Below are positions 32,590 through 42,430 of a stretch of DNA of 64,000 nucleotides, piece by piece. This DNA is from Chloropicon primus (taxonomy: Eukaryota). The DNA lies in contig CP060766.1 of the NCBI GenBank assembly GCA_023205875.1, positions 310,001 to 374,000 on the forward strand, given 5' to 3'. The translations under genes and the position numbers were made by a program. The number at the start of each line of letters is the position of its first letter. Position 1 is the stretch's first letter. The notes under the pieces are model-generated. The model did not search any database. It saw only the letters and a program-made list of their open reading frames with translations, and was not told the DNA's origin.

Positions 32590-32920
32590 GTAAGTTGGAG
32601 AGAGAGAGGGGGGGGATCACTCTGGTTTGGGGCAAAAGGGGTAGCCTCCTCCCACCTGTGAAGAGGATGCTGGGGCAAGTAACCAAAATCAATTTTTTTC
32701 TCTCTCTTCAAAAACACCAAACAACTCAAAACCTTTCGACCTTCTTGCCGACTCCACAAAACAAGTATCCTCACCACAGGGGCGAACAAAATCCCAAACT
32801 GTTGTTATGGTGTTCAGACATCAGATCAAAAACAGCACACAGAAAAGTCACGAAAGGACGGTAGGGAATTCACAGTCAATACTGGAAGCACAAAGGCAAG
32901 TCTAAACCGGCCACTACTTA

Positions 32921-33074
32921 CCTGTTAGTTTTCTGCAAAGGTCGTTTCACCGAGTTTGTAAGTTTCTCGGCAGGGTAATTCAGCCCTACCACGACCATTC
33001 CACCGTACATGAACGAATACTTCCGCCCACGCACGGCAGCCCGTACTAACAAACGTATGTGCAACCCTGAGGAG
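32921..33074 (-). ncRNA. Putative Fanzor omegaRNA scaffold (3' end of element); guide would start at about 32920
   Basis: Lies immediately after the Fanzor stop. Terminal blocks (CTCCTCAGGGTTGCACA; TGAAACGACCTTTGCANAAAACTAAC[A]GG) are shared with the 49.6-kb copy, and homology stops abruptly at GG. Stems GGTCGT/ACGACC, GTAGGG/CCCTGC, CCGAG/CTCGG. Confidence 0.7.
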
Positions 33075-35239
33075 TTACACACTTTTTGGTTGACGCAAGT
33101 GCTTGAGAAGGATGTTGCGTGCCCCGTTATCGTCCCGACCGCACTTGAAGCCACACTTCTGGCACTTGTACACCTCTGCTCCACCCAGGTTGTCCTTGAT
33201 GTGTCCGCACCTGCCACAGGTCTTGGAGGTGTACTCCTCCGTCACGATCGCCAGCTCACTGCCGTGCAAGAGCACCTTGGAAGCCAAGAACGTTCTGAAC
33301 GCATAGTGCCTCAACGTCAAGAGCGTGCGAGCCGTCTTCTTCCTGATCACTCGGCGTCTCCCGTTGTTGTTCTTCTTCACCATGTCTTGGGACTTGAACT
33401 CCGGGAGGAGGATTGTGTCGAACCTCCTGCATAGATCGTTGGCTACCTTTTTGTGAAGCTCGTTAGTGAGACCTCGAATTTTCTCCATGCAGGCGTATTG
33501 CTGTCTCTTCAAGTCGCGGCGGTCGAGGTAAGGGAGCTTCACCTTTGGGTCTTTGCGCTCGGAAATGATCTCATCAATCCTCCAGCAGAGGTTGAACAGC
33601 CTCGCGAAGCCTCGCTCGCCCTTGGCATACTCCCCGACGCCTTCTTGCGGCGAGTACGACGTCTGAAAGGTCCTGACTCCCGGATCCAGGGCGACAACCT
33701 TCCGCTTGTTCTCAGGCTTCAGGGGTGGCAGGCGATCCCATGGCGTCGCGATGGGAATGTGCATGTGGAACTGCCCAAGGCGATTTCTTGTGATCTTCAC
33801 GGCACCCTCGATCTTGCCCCCGGGGATCTCCTCCGTCAAGTACAGGGGCCCGCCGGCCATCTTCTTCTTGAACACCTCCAGCTTGGTCCACTTGCGTCGT
33901 TTCTTGTGCTTCGTGTCATCCTTGTGCCTCGTTCTCGGTCTTTCGATCGTCTCCACGTTCTTTAACTCTCTTGCATCAATTTCAATAGTCCAAGAACTCG
34001 GTTGCTGACGTTGACGATACTTGAGAACGAAGCGGTGCCCCTTCTCCTCGCCGCGCTCCTTCATCGCTTCCTGCTTCGCGATGTTCGAATCCCATGCCTT
34101 GATCAGACTTCGCACGGCAGCTTGTCTGATGGCACAGGGGGTTTCCTTCAGCCAAGGATGCTCCTGATTCACAAAGGCCCCGCTAACGTAGTCCCGGTCC
34201 TTGGCCACTTCGGCGCGAAATCGTCTGCCTCCAATTTGGCTCTCGAGTCTCTTCTCTCTGGCCGCGAAAAGCTCTGCCTCCTGTTTTGTCCATGGCCGTG
34301 GAGAGCATTGGATTTCTTTCAGCTCTTTCTCCAGCCCCTCAAAGACCTCAGGGCGTCGCGGTTTGGCCGTCACAAATCTGTCCAGCAGGACGGTCCAAAC
34401 CAGCGGAAAACCCTCCTTCTTGACCGCCTCCAAACACTTGTTGTATGTGAAACGCGCAGCTCCCATCCAGTTGCAAAGGCACTTCGCCTGCTCAGGGTTC
34501 AAGCGCATCCTAAGCTTCCTCGTCCGTATCACCGTTCGCTCCGACAATAGCTTGGAGGTCTTCAGTTTCTGCTCCCTCTTCCTTTTGGCGGGCGACTGCA
34601 ATGTCTCGACGGATACCACAGAATCTTCTGGAAGGTTCAAGCACGACCTCCATCCCGTCTTCGGACACTTTACCTCTTCAAGTTCTCTCTTGATCGATGA
34701 GAACCAGGTCTTCTTCACGCTGTCGTCCGCCAAGCCACCCGGCTGCTTCCTGCTTTCTTCCCCTCTTGTTCTTCTTCTTCTTGCCCTTCTTCTTGTTCTT
34801 CTTCTTGCCCTTCTTGCGAGGCTTCTTGCGAGGCTTGCCTGACGAGCTCGAACTCTCACCCGCAGAGGCGTCCGCCTCCGGCGGCTTCCCCTTCCGCTTC
34901 CCCCCGCTTCTTGCGAGGCGTGCTCGAACCCTCCTCGAAAGCAGAGGCGGGGTCGTCCAGCGGCTTCTCCTTCCGCTTCCCCCGCTTCTTGCGAGGCGTG
35001 CTCGAACCCTCACCCGCAGAGGCGGGGTCGTCCGCGGTAGGAAGCAGGCACAACGCGTAGAGCCACGCTAAACCCTGATTCCAGAACCGAAGTAACGGCC
35101 GCTCCGTCGTCGGAGACTCCTGCCCCGACTTCGAAGCGCCCTGAGCATGACTCTCGCCAGAGTGCGACCTCCTTGTGGAACTCGTCGAGCCACTCCCCTG
35201 CTTCTCCTTTTTCTTACGGCGCTTCCCTGATCGCGCCAT
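33075..35239 (-). CDS. Fanzor2 (IS607-type TnpB-like) RNA-guided nuclease; about 720 aa if two single-G insertions (34900-34905, 34760-34763) are removed
   Basis: HTH RTRKLRMRLNPEQAKCL..WMGAARFTYN; RuvC-I VVALDPGVRTF; relocated Glu IVTEEYTSKTC; zinc finger CGRC/CQKC; RuvC-III RDDNGARNI; Fanzor2-type N-terminal FWN...LLPT...WFS; ATG at 35239. Confidence 0.9.
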
Positions 35240-35247
35240 GACGGTTA

Positions 35248-35288
35248 TTAGGGTTTCACTCGCTTCCCTCCTCGTAACTCCTCGTAAC
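35248..35288 (-). promoter_or_regulatory. Telo-box AAACCCTAA and tandem GTTACGAGGA just upstream of the Fanzor ATG
   Basis: TTAGGGTTT at 35248-35256; TCCTCGTAAC twice at 35269-35288. Confidence 0.4.
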
Positions 35289-35658
35289 TATAGATTTGCC
35301 TTGTCCAGCAAGTGAGAACACGAGAAAAACGCTTAGGGGGTTGTCCTTTGGGTGTGACCAAACTGGTATACACTGGAATCCCACCAACAGGGGAAAACCT
35401 CCAACAACTGTTCTCTCCTCGGGTGAAGGGAGAGAGGAGGTCCTCGGCCAAGGATAAGGCGACGGACGGGATCCACGGTGCTGGCGATCGTCACCAAAGG
35501 AAGCTTCGTCTCGCGGGCTTTCGAATGACCCCTCGGACAGAGGCGTTGACCTCGGGAAGCTCCTGAGTCGTCGAGAAAAGCCAAGCAGACGGACAGGCAG
35601 TTAGGGGTAAGAGGGAGGAGAGGAGAGGAGAGAGGGGGAGGAGAGGGGGTGAGAAGCC

Positions 35659-38338
35659 ATGCAGGCCAGCGGTTCTTCCTCCCAGAATGGAGGACGAGGA
35701 GGGAAGGACGGGGTGGTGAGGTTCTTGGTCTCATCCGAGATCTCTCAAAAGGTCGAGCTCCGGGTGAACCGAGTGAAGGGAGACTTCAATAGGATACAAA
35801 AGAACGGGAGTATCGATAGCAGGAAGGCTGTCACTGGCTTCAGGCACGACCTCATGCGGTTGAGGCAGTACAGGCTGGAGTGTGTGCTGTATTACAATGG
35901 CCAGGCGCTCTGTCGGCCCGTGAGCACTCGCTTCACTTCACCTTCGAACGGTGGAAAGGAGTGCATATGGGACGAGGTGGTCACCTTTTGTGTCAAGTAC
36001 AGAGACTTGCCACAGGATACTCTGCTGGGCCTGACGGTCTGGCCGAGTGAGCAGCCCACGCGGAACGGAAGCAATGACGTGATGAGGCCTATGGGCGGTT
36101 GCACACTGAAGTTGTTCAGCAAGAAACTCCGGTTGAGGTGCGGGAGCAGGAAGCTGAGGCTGTGGCACGGCTTGGAGGCTTGCGGGAAGGAGAAGTGCGC
36201 GACTCCTGGGAAGATTCCGGTCAAGGAGAGGGGGGAAACGGGTTTGCTGGAGAGGCAGCTCAAGCACTACAACAGGGGTGACATGCCTCAGATAGAGCAG
36301 CTGGACAAGCTCTGCATAGCGAAAATTTACGAGCGGTTGGCTCAAGAGGAGCAAGAGATGACGGAGAAAGGTCTTTACCTCCTTCAGGTCGAGTTGGCGA
36401 ATTACCCGCTGCCCGTCCTGTTCCAGGAGTCCTCTGTGGGCAACAAGAGCAGCTTGTCCTCTCAGGGCTCGCTGGGCAACGCGCAACTGTCGCCGCAGAA
36501 CTCTCTTTCTCCGACGATGGATATCCACGACATTCTCCAGGAGGGCCCCAACATCGGCCAGAAGTTCATGGACGTCCAGGGTCCTCACCTGATACACGTG
36601 AGCGACCCGGAGATCGGGAGGGAGAACCCAGCGGAGAGGAAGGCCCAGAGAATGGCGAGATCCGAGGGACCAAGCACGGTGGGAGCCGACAGGAACCTCA
36701 AGCCGAACAGCAGCGAGAAGAGAGCGATCGAAAGTGTTCTGAGGCAGCCGCTGACTCAAGCTCTGAGGAGGGAGGCCAAGAAGCTCTTGTGGAGGTTCAG
36801 GTACAGCATGCTGGACAACCCCGCTGCTCTCGTGAAGTTCCTCCTGGCGGTGGATTGGCAGGTGGCGGACGAGGTCCAAGAGGCATTGAACCTGATGAGG
36901 CAGTGGGCATCGGTGAGCACGACAGACGCCCTGTGCTTGCTGTCCTCGAATTTCACGAACCCTGGCGTGAGGGAGCACGCCGTGGGCGTTCTGAGAACAG
37001 CAGAAGACGAAGAGATTGTAAGCTACTTGCTGCAGCTGGTGCAGGCCCTCCGGTACGAGCACAGCGCAGATGATTCCCCCTTGGCGGCCTTCCTCATTAA
37101 GAGGGCATGCCAGAATCACGTCTTGGGCAACTTCTTGCACTGGTACTTGTTCGTCGAGTGGCAAGACCCTGTCTTTGGCCCCGAGTACGCGCAGATTTAC
37201 GACAGGTTTGTGAACGCCTTGCTCTCGGAGCCATCTGGGTACGCCCTGTGGGACGACATCAGGAGGCAGATGGAGCTCGTGGCTCAGCTCACGGCAGTGA
37301 AGAGGGAAATCGAGAGCTTGAGAACAGCGGCAAGGAAGAAGGACAAGCTCATCGAGCTTCTCAGTGAGAGCGGCTTGTGCGAGGAGCTGGCGAGTCTGAG
37401 GCTTCCCTTGCCCTTGGACCCGATCGTCCTGCTGACCGGGGTCATTCCTGAAGAGTCCTCGGTCTTCAAAAGCGCCCTCACGCCCTTGAAGCTCACCTTC
37501 AAGACGGCCGTGACAGTCAACGGCCACGCCTTGCCTGAGACAAAGTACAGCATCATTTTCAAGAAAGGGGACGACCTTCGGCAGGACCAGCTCGTCGTGC
37601 AAATGATTCAGCTCATGGACAACCTGCTGAAGAAGGATGGCCTCGACCTCAAGTTGAACCCGTACAAGGTGCTGGCCACTGCCGCGGGGAGAGATGCGGC
37701 CGACTACTCTGGCTTTGTGGAGTGCGTGCCAAAGTGCAGGCCGATCTCTAACGTCCTTGAGCAGTACAGGGACATCAGGAGGTTTCTTGCCGAGTATTGT
37801 CCCGATCCCATGAACCGACAGAATCCTGCCAAGGAGGCCTTGAAGAACTTCATCAAGTCCTGCGCAGGATCGTGCGTTGTCACCTACATTCTCGGGGTGG
37901 GGGACAGGCACCTCGATAACCTGATGCTCACGGAGGACGGCATGCTGTTTCACATCGATTTCGGGTACATCTTGGGGAAGGACCCCAAACCTTTCCCTCC
38001 CCCAATGAAGTTGTGCAAGGAGATGGTGGAGGCCATGGGGGGCTCGAACTCTTGAGTCGTACAGGCAGTTCCACAGCTACTGCTGCGAGGCTTACAACAT
38101 TCTGAGAAAGTGGGCGCCTCTCATTCTCAACCTCTTCCAGCTCATGGAGGGCGCGAGGATACCAGACATAAGCAACGATCCGGAGAAGGCCATGCTGAAG
38201 CTCCAAGAGAAGTTCAGGCTCGACTTGAACGACGAGGAAGCCGGCCAATGGATGCAGAAGCTAATCAACGACAGCGCATCTGCCCTCATGCCGCAGCTCA
38301 TGGAGACCGCCCACCGCTGGGCGACGTACTGGCGATAA
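35659..38338 (+). CDS. VPS34: Class III phosphatidylinositol 3-kinase, with a +1 frameshift at about 38053
   Basis: C2, helical (YLLQLVQALRYE) and kinase (FKKGDDLRQDQL, GVGDRHLDN, HIDFG) domains. Removing one T at 38052/38053 gives MGGSNSESYRQFHSYCCEAYNILRK...HRWATYWR. Confidence 0.93.
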
Positions 38339-38415
38339 GCATTTTGTAACCATAACACGCTTTTATTTAAACACACCCCACCTGTACTTTCATTCATCAT
38401 CCCAAGAAAAAAATC

Positions 38416-38769
38416 ATGCCCAGACCAAGCGGAGCGAAGCTTCTCTCTCTCTCTCTCTTGCAGGATTTGAGAGAGGCTCTCGATTCCGGCCTGATGACGG
38501 AGGAGTACGCCCAAGCCGTGCAGGAGGCCCAGCGTTACGACAGCAAGTCCCCGGAGAAGAAGAGAGAGATCGCGGACTACAACGAGGCGTTGAGGATCAT
38601 CTTTGCGGACGCATCTCTTAAGCTGAGCGACAAGGAACAATGCATTGTGAAGAGAGAGTACCTGGAAGAGGTCGGGCTCTGCAAGGCTCCTCGTCGTCCG
38701 TCGTCGAAGAGAACAAGAACACGAAGCAAGACGGCCCCTTCCATCGTCAAGGTCAAGCAGGAAGAGTGA
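38416..38769 (+). CDS. Small hypothetical protein with a SHOCT-like helix pair (start uncertain)
   Basis: LQDLREALDSGLMTEEY; host-like codons. CT-rich ...TTGCAG at 38463 might instead be an acceptor. Confidence 0.5.
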   Translation: MPRPSGAKLLSLSLLQDLREALDSGLMTEEYAQAVQEAQRYDSKSPEKKREIADYNEALRIIFADASLKLSDKEQCIVKREYLEEVGLCKAPRRPSSKRTRTRSKTAPSIVKVKQEE

Positions 38770-39247
38770 GACTGTAACGCAGAGCATACATGCTGTATTA
38801 GACTGGTGTAGATAAGATATTCTGCAGTTCTTCCGTTAGAAGGGCTCGTGCAAGCTGCGTCGTAGGCGTCTTGAAGTGCGGTGTACATCGCAGTCCCGAA
38901 TGCAAAGACAGACACAGACAGAGAGAGAGAGAGAGAGAAAGAGACGATCCATGACAAGAAAGGTAGCATCTTGGCAGAGTATTCTCATCACTTGAAGGGA
39001 TTGGCCTCCTCCTCCTCCTCCTCCTCCCTCCCCCTTGGAATTCGATGGAAAAAGCCGTTGAGGACAGCCAGAGGCCAGGGGAAGGAACGAGGACAGCGAG
39101 GAGAGAGCGAGAGGAGAGAGGGAGGGAAGCTAGATTGAATTCCTGAGCGAGGACAACAGGGAGCAAACGGAGCAAGGAGTCTAAACCTTGGTCCCCGCAA
39201 TCTACATCTCCAACCACCTCAGCAGCCAGTAACCAAGACCAAGACAG

Positions 39248-39284
<37 letters not shown>

Positions 39285-39286
<2 letters not shown>

Positions 39287-39842
39287 GGCTTGGGTCCCAT
39301 CGGGTATTAGCTTGAAGGTGCCGGGGAGGACGACTTTGAGGCGTCATCACGATTTCGATGAGAGCTTCTCCTTCGGTAAGCACGAGCACGGAACAAACCA
39401 GTTCGACCAGGGTAAGCACGAACAGAACGAGTCCGAGCCTGCCCTCGGTAAGCATGAGCTGGAGAAGCGATGGGCAGAGGAGGGGAGGACGACCGTGAGT
39501 CAGTCGCAGAACAAGGACATTGAGCGCTTTTGGGAGGAGGCCAAGAAAGATGGCACAATCCTGAAGAAGAACCTTTGCATGGAGGACGCTGCGGCCAATA
39601 GAGAGCTCTTTGCCGATTCCAAGTCGAAGCATGCTCTCAGGTTCGACGACTCGGAGAGCCAGAGGGCGCACAAGTCCCACTATAAATCAACATTCACGAC
39701 GAGTGCCCTTGTGACTCCCAAGGCAGCAGATGCCAGGCCAAGGTCCGCGGTGGATCCAAGGGAGGCCGTCGACCCCGTCGTCCTGGCGAAGAAGAACAAG
39801 GCCCTCGGAAAGCAGAGCAGCCTTTGCCTCACTTACTACTGA
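39285..39842 (+). CDS. Hypothetical protein (185 aa)
   Basis: ATG ORF with host codon bias and short GKHE repeats. Confidence 0.65.
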
Positions 39843-39969
39843 GCCTTCTTGGAGAACGATGTAAAACTAGCAGCAAGACAGAAAGAAGTTATTAGAGCCT
39901 CCTTATTATTAACCAACAACACCGTCATCACGGTAACCGGTAACGCAGGTTTTTTTATCAAGCAAGCAA

Positions 39970-41566
39970 CTAGTGCTTGACCCTGACCTCGTAGTCGTCC
40001 CCCGCGCAAGTCAAGTACCTGACCCACTTCACCGGTTGGTAGTTGCTCCTCTCGTGGACTTTGAGAAAGCGGATGCGGAGCCCGGTCGAGGTGAACATCG
40101 GGACTTGGAACGTCAGCTTCAGCGGTGGGACTTTCTTCTCCCAGACTTCTCCGCTGCTGGTGCCGCCGAGTTCCGTGCCGGCCATCATCTCGATGATCGC
40201 CTTGAACTTGTGCTCCTTGCCTCCCCTCAGCTCGCTGAGCTTCCAGTGCGTCTGATTATTCGCCAGGTCCACGTACTTGGACTTTGTCTTGCCGCCCGTG
40301 GCCTGCATGCTGACCTTGACGGTCGACTTGGGCAGGGGAATCCACGTGATCACTGATGTTTTGTGAGAGGAAGGAAGGAAACAACAAAAGTCAGTGGTGC
40401 CCACATCATCATCCCAATTCCATTCCATTCTCCTTACCCTGGAATGCGACCAGAGACGACGGGAAGTCCGCTTTGATCTTGACGTTCAACTCTCCCCTCG
40501 TCCTCCCGAGGCTCTTGTACCACGAGGTCACCGTGAAGGGCAAAGTGAAGTTCCTGGAGTCGGACACGGTGTAGGAAAGGAGCTCGAATTCTCCGTCGGG
40601 GGGCACGAAATGCACCTGGTGGTCCGATTCGTAGTTTTGCAGCTTCACCGCTTGGTGGAACTTGATGTAGTCCAGGGCCACCTGGGACCTGCACGCCTTC
40701 TGGGCCACGTTCGTAGGCCTCCCTTCCATCGCCGAGGAGGCCGCGTTCTGGTACCCGGACTCCGCCTCCATCATGAACTTCTCGTTCAACCCGATCTTGC
40801 ACTCGGGCATGCCAGAGAGGTACACTTTCATCTGGATGCTGCCGTTCACCCTGCCCGAGATCAGCTCCCCGTCGGAGCCCACCAGCGCGCTGACCCTCTC
40901 TATCGCATCGAGGTACACCTCGTTCTTCTTGTAAACGATTCCCGCCTTCCTCCAAGGCACGGCGCCGGTGACGTCCAGCGTGGGAGCCCCGGTCTTGTGG
41001 TCCTCCGCGCCTTCCTTCTTTCTCCTCCTCAGCAGGGCGTCCAGGGCGCTCACCGTCTTCCCCTCCAGGGACGGCGTGTCGAGGACGAGCTCGCAGAGGG
41101 ACTCCGCCTGGGTGACTTGCGGGTAACCAAAGTCCATCGCCTCCTCCAGGATGCTTTGCACCATCGCCGGCTTCCCCCTCAGGGCGTCGGCCTTGAGGGC
41201 CGAGTTCGTAGAGAGAGCGAGAGCGTTGGTGACCACGTTCCCACCGGGGAAGAACATCTTGAGGATGTCCATGAGCTGGTGCAGCATCTCCTGCATCGCG
41301 AGCACGTTCGCGTCCCACCTCGTTGCCGCCACCGCGAGCACGTTCGATCCCTTGTCGCCCTTCTTCCAAACGTAAGACACGCCCTCGTGGTGCACGATGG
41401 GCGGAACCTGGCTGGTCCCCTTGGCGCCCGTCCTCCTGCCGCTCAGCATCTCGTCCACGAAGCGCTGCACGTCCCTCGCGGCGACATCCCTCCTGTAGTC
41501 CTTGAGGGCGATGTACTTGTTCCCCTTGGCCTCTTGCGCGAACAGAGCGATGCAAGAGATCGTCAT
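39970..41566 (-). CDS. Adaptor protein complex medium (mu) subunit, AP-2 mu-like; intron 40353-40437
   Basis: EEAMDFGYPQ, VTGAVPWRKAGIVYKKNEVYLD, LSGMPECKIGLN, FVPPDGEFEL, FQVPMFTSTGLRIRFLKV, KWVRY. The intron joins AFQ-V-ITWIP. Confidence 0.92.
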
Positions 41567-41859
41567 CCTTCTGCTCCTCTTTTTTTTTGACTCTCTCTCA
41601 CTCAAAAACTTCCGCACGCACAAAAAAAAAAAAAACAGAGGGCCTCGTTCGAAAGACCAAGCGAAGATGCTTCGGCGTCAAGCGAAACCCTCTTCGCCTT
41701 TCCGTTTGTCGTCGTCGTCGACAAACACCTTCCCTCTCCCTGCGCGACGAACCCGAGCGTTACGTTAAGCGTTTTCAAACTTCATCTCCGGTTTTCGCGA
41801 AATCCTTTTTTTGCAGGAGAGGACTTCTGGCAACCAGGAGGATGGAGGGATGATGGACA

Positions 41860-41965
41860 AGGGCAAGAGGGGAAAGAAAGGAAGGGGCCAGAGAAACTGT
41901 GATACAAGGAGGGACTCTTGCTTGCTCTCCATTGCTTTCGATGGATCAAGAAATGAATGGATCGG
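41860..41965. repeat. Dispersed about 100-130 bp repeat, inverted copy at about 56325-56470
   Basis: Its reverse complement shares CCATTCATTTCTT..GATCCATCGAAAGC..AGCAAGCAAGAGTCC..CCTTG..CCCCTTCC..CTCTTGCCCT with 56.3-56.5 kb, where a 44-bp part is tandemly doubled. Confidence 0.75.
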
Positions 41966-42089
41966 ACGCTTGCTTGCTATGGAACGCACGCGGCGGTCTC
42001 GTGTCGTCGGCGTCGATCGATATCGATGAGGAGAAAAGGCCATGATGACAACAGAGTGATATTTGTATCTACATTTCTTGTACTCTCTC

Positions 42090-42430
42090 CTAAGGCTTGC
42101 TTGACAATCCAGAGGCCCCCAGCCCCGCGAGCTCCAGGCGCTGTGCCTCCGAGGGCTGAGAGTCCAGGCAGACGCAGAACCGCACGTCGCACCCGCTGGG
42201 GGTTGGAGCCCGAGCAGTCGCGCACAAACCCGGCGTTGACCCGGTGCATCGGCACGCAGACGTCGATCGTGATCACGTCGAATTCCTTGGGCAGGAGCTC
42301 CTTCCACGAGACGTGCACTCGCTCGTACCTCGGAGGCGTAAAGGGAGTGAGGCCCGATCAGCTCCCCCCACCTCGGCGAGCATGCCACAGGATCTTTGGC
42401 TTGATCGGGACGAGAACAACAAGCTTCATG
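42090..42430 (-). pseudogene. Possible frameshifted glycosyltransferase-family-2-like fragment
   Basis: IDVCVPMHRVNAGFVR and, after a frameshift, SGCDVRFCVCLDSQP resemble a GT2 N-terminal strand pattern. No complete ORF. Confidence 0.3.

Larger units (their letters stand above)
32921..35412 (-). mobile_element. Non-autonomous IS607-derived Fanzor2 element (right end at 32921; left end uncertain, about 35390-35412)
   Basis: Right end defined by homology with the second copy and a GG terminus. No intact transposase. CCTGTTAGT (32921) versus CCTGTTGGT (minus strand from 35391) could be a weak terminal inverted repeat. Confidence 0.6.

Noticed and set aside
34678..34859. GTG start at 34859 for a 594-aa Fanzor
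   Set aside because: It is a non-ATG start in a eukaryote, and the conserved-looking N-terminal motif lies upstream in the ATG-35239 frame.
38053..38055. TGA as selenocysteine or readthrough in VPS34
   Set aside because: The conserved continuation is in the +1 frame, not in frame.
39178..39187. 10-nt match (AGTCTAAACC) to the unspliced Fanzor guide region
   Set aside because: Too short and outside the scaffold-proximal seed; expected by chance.
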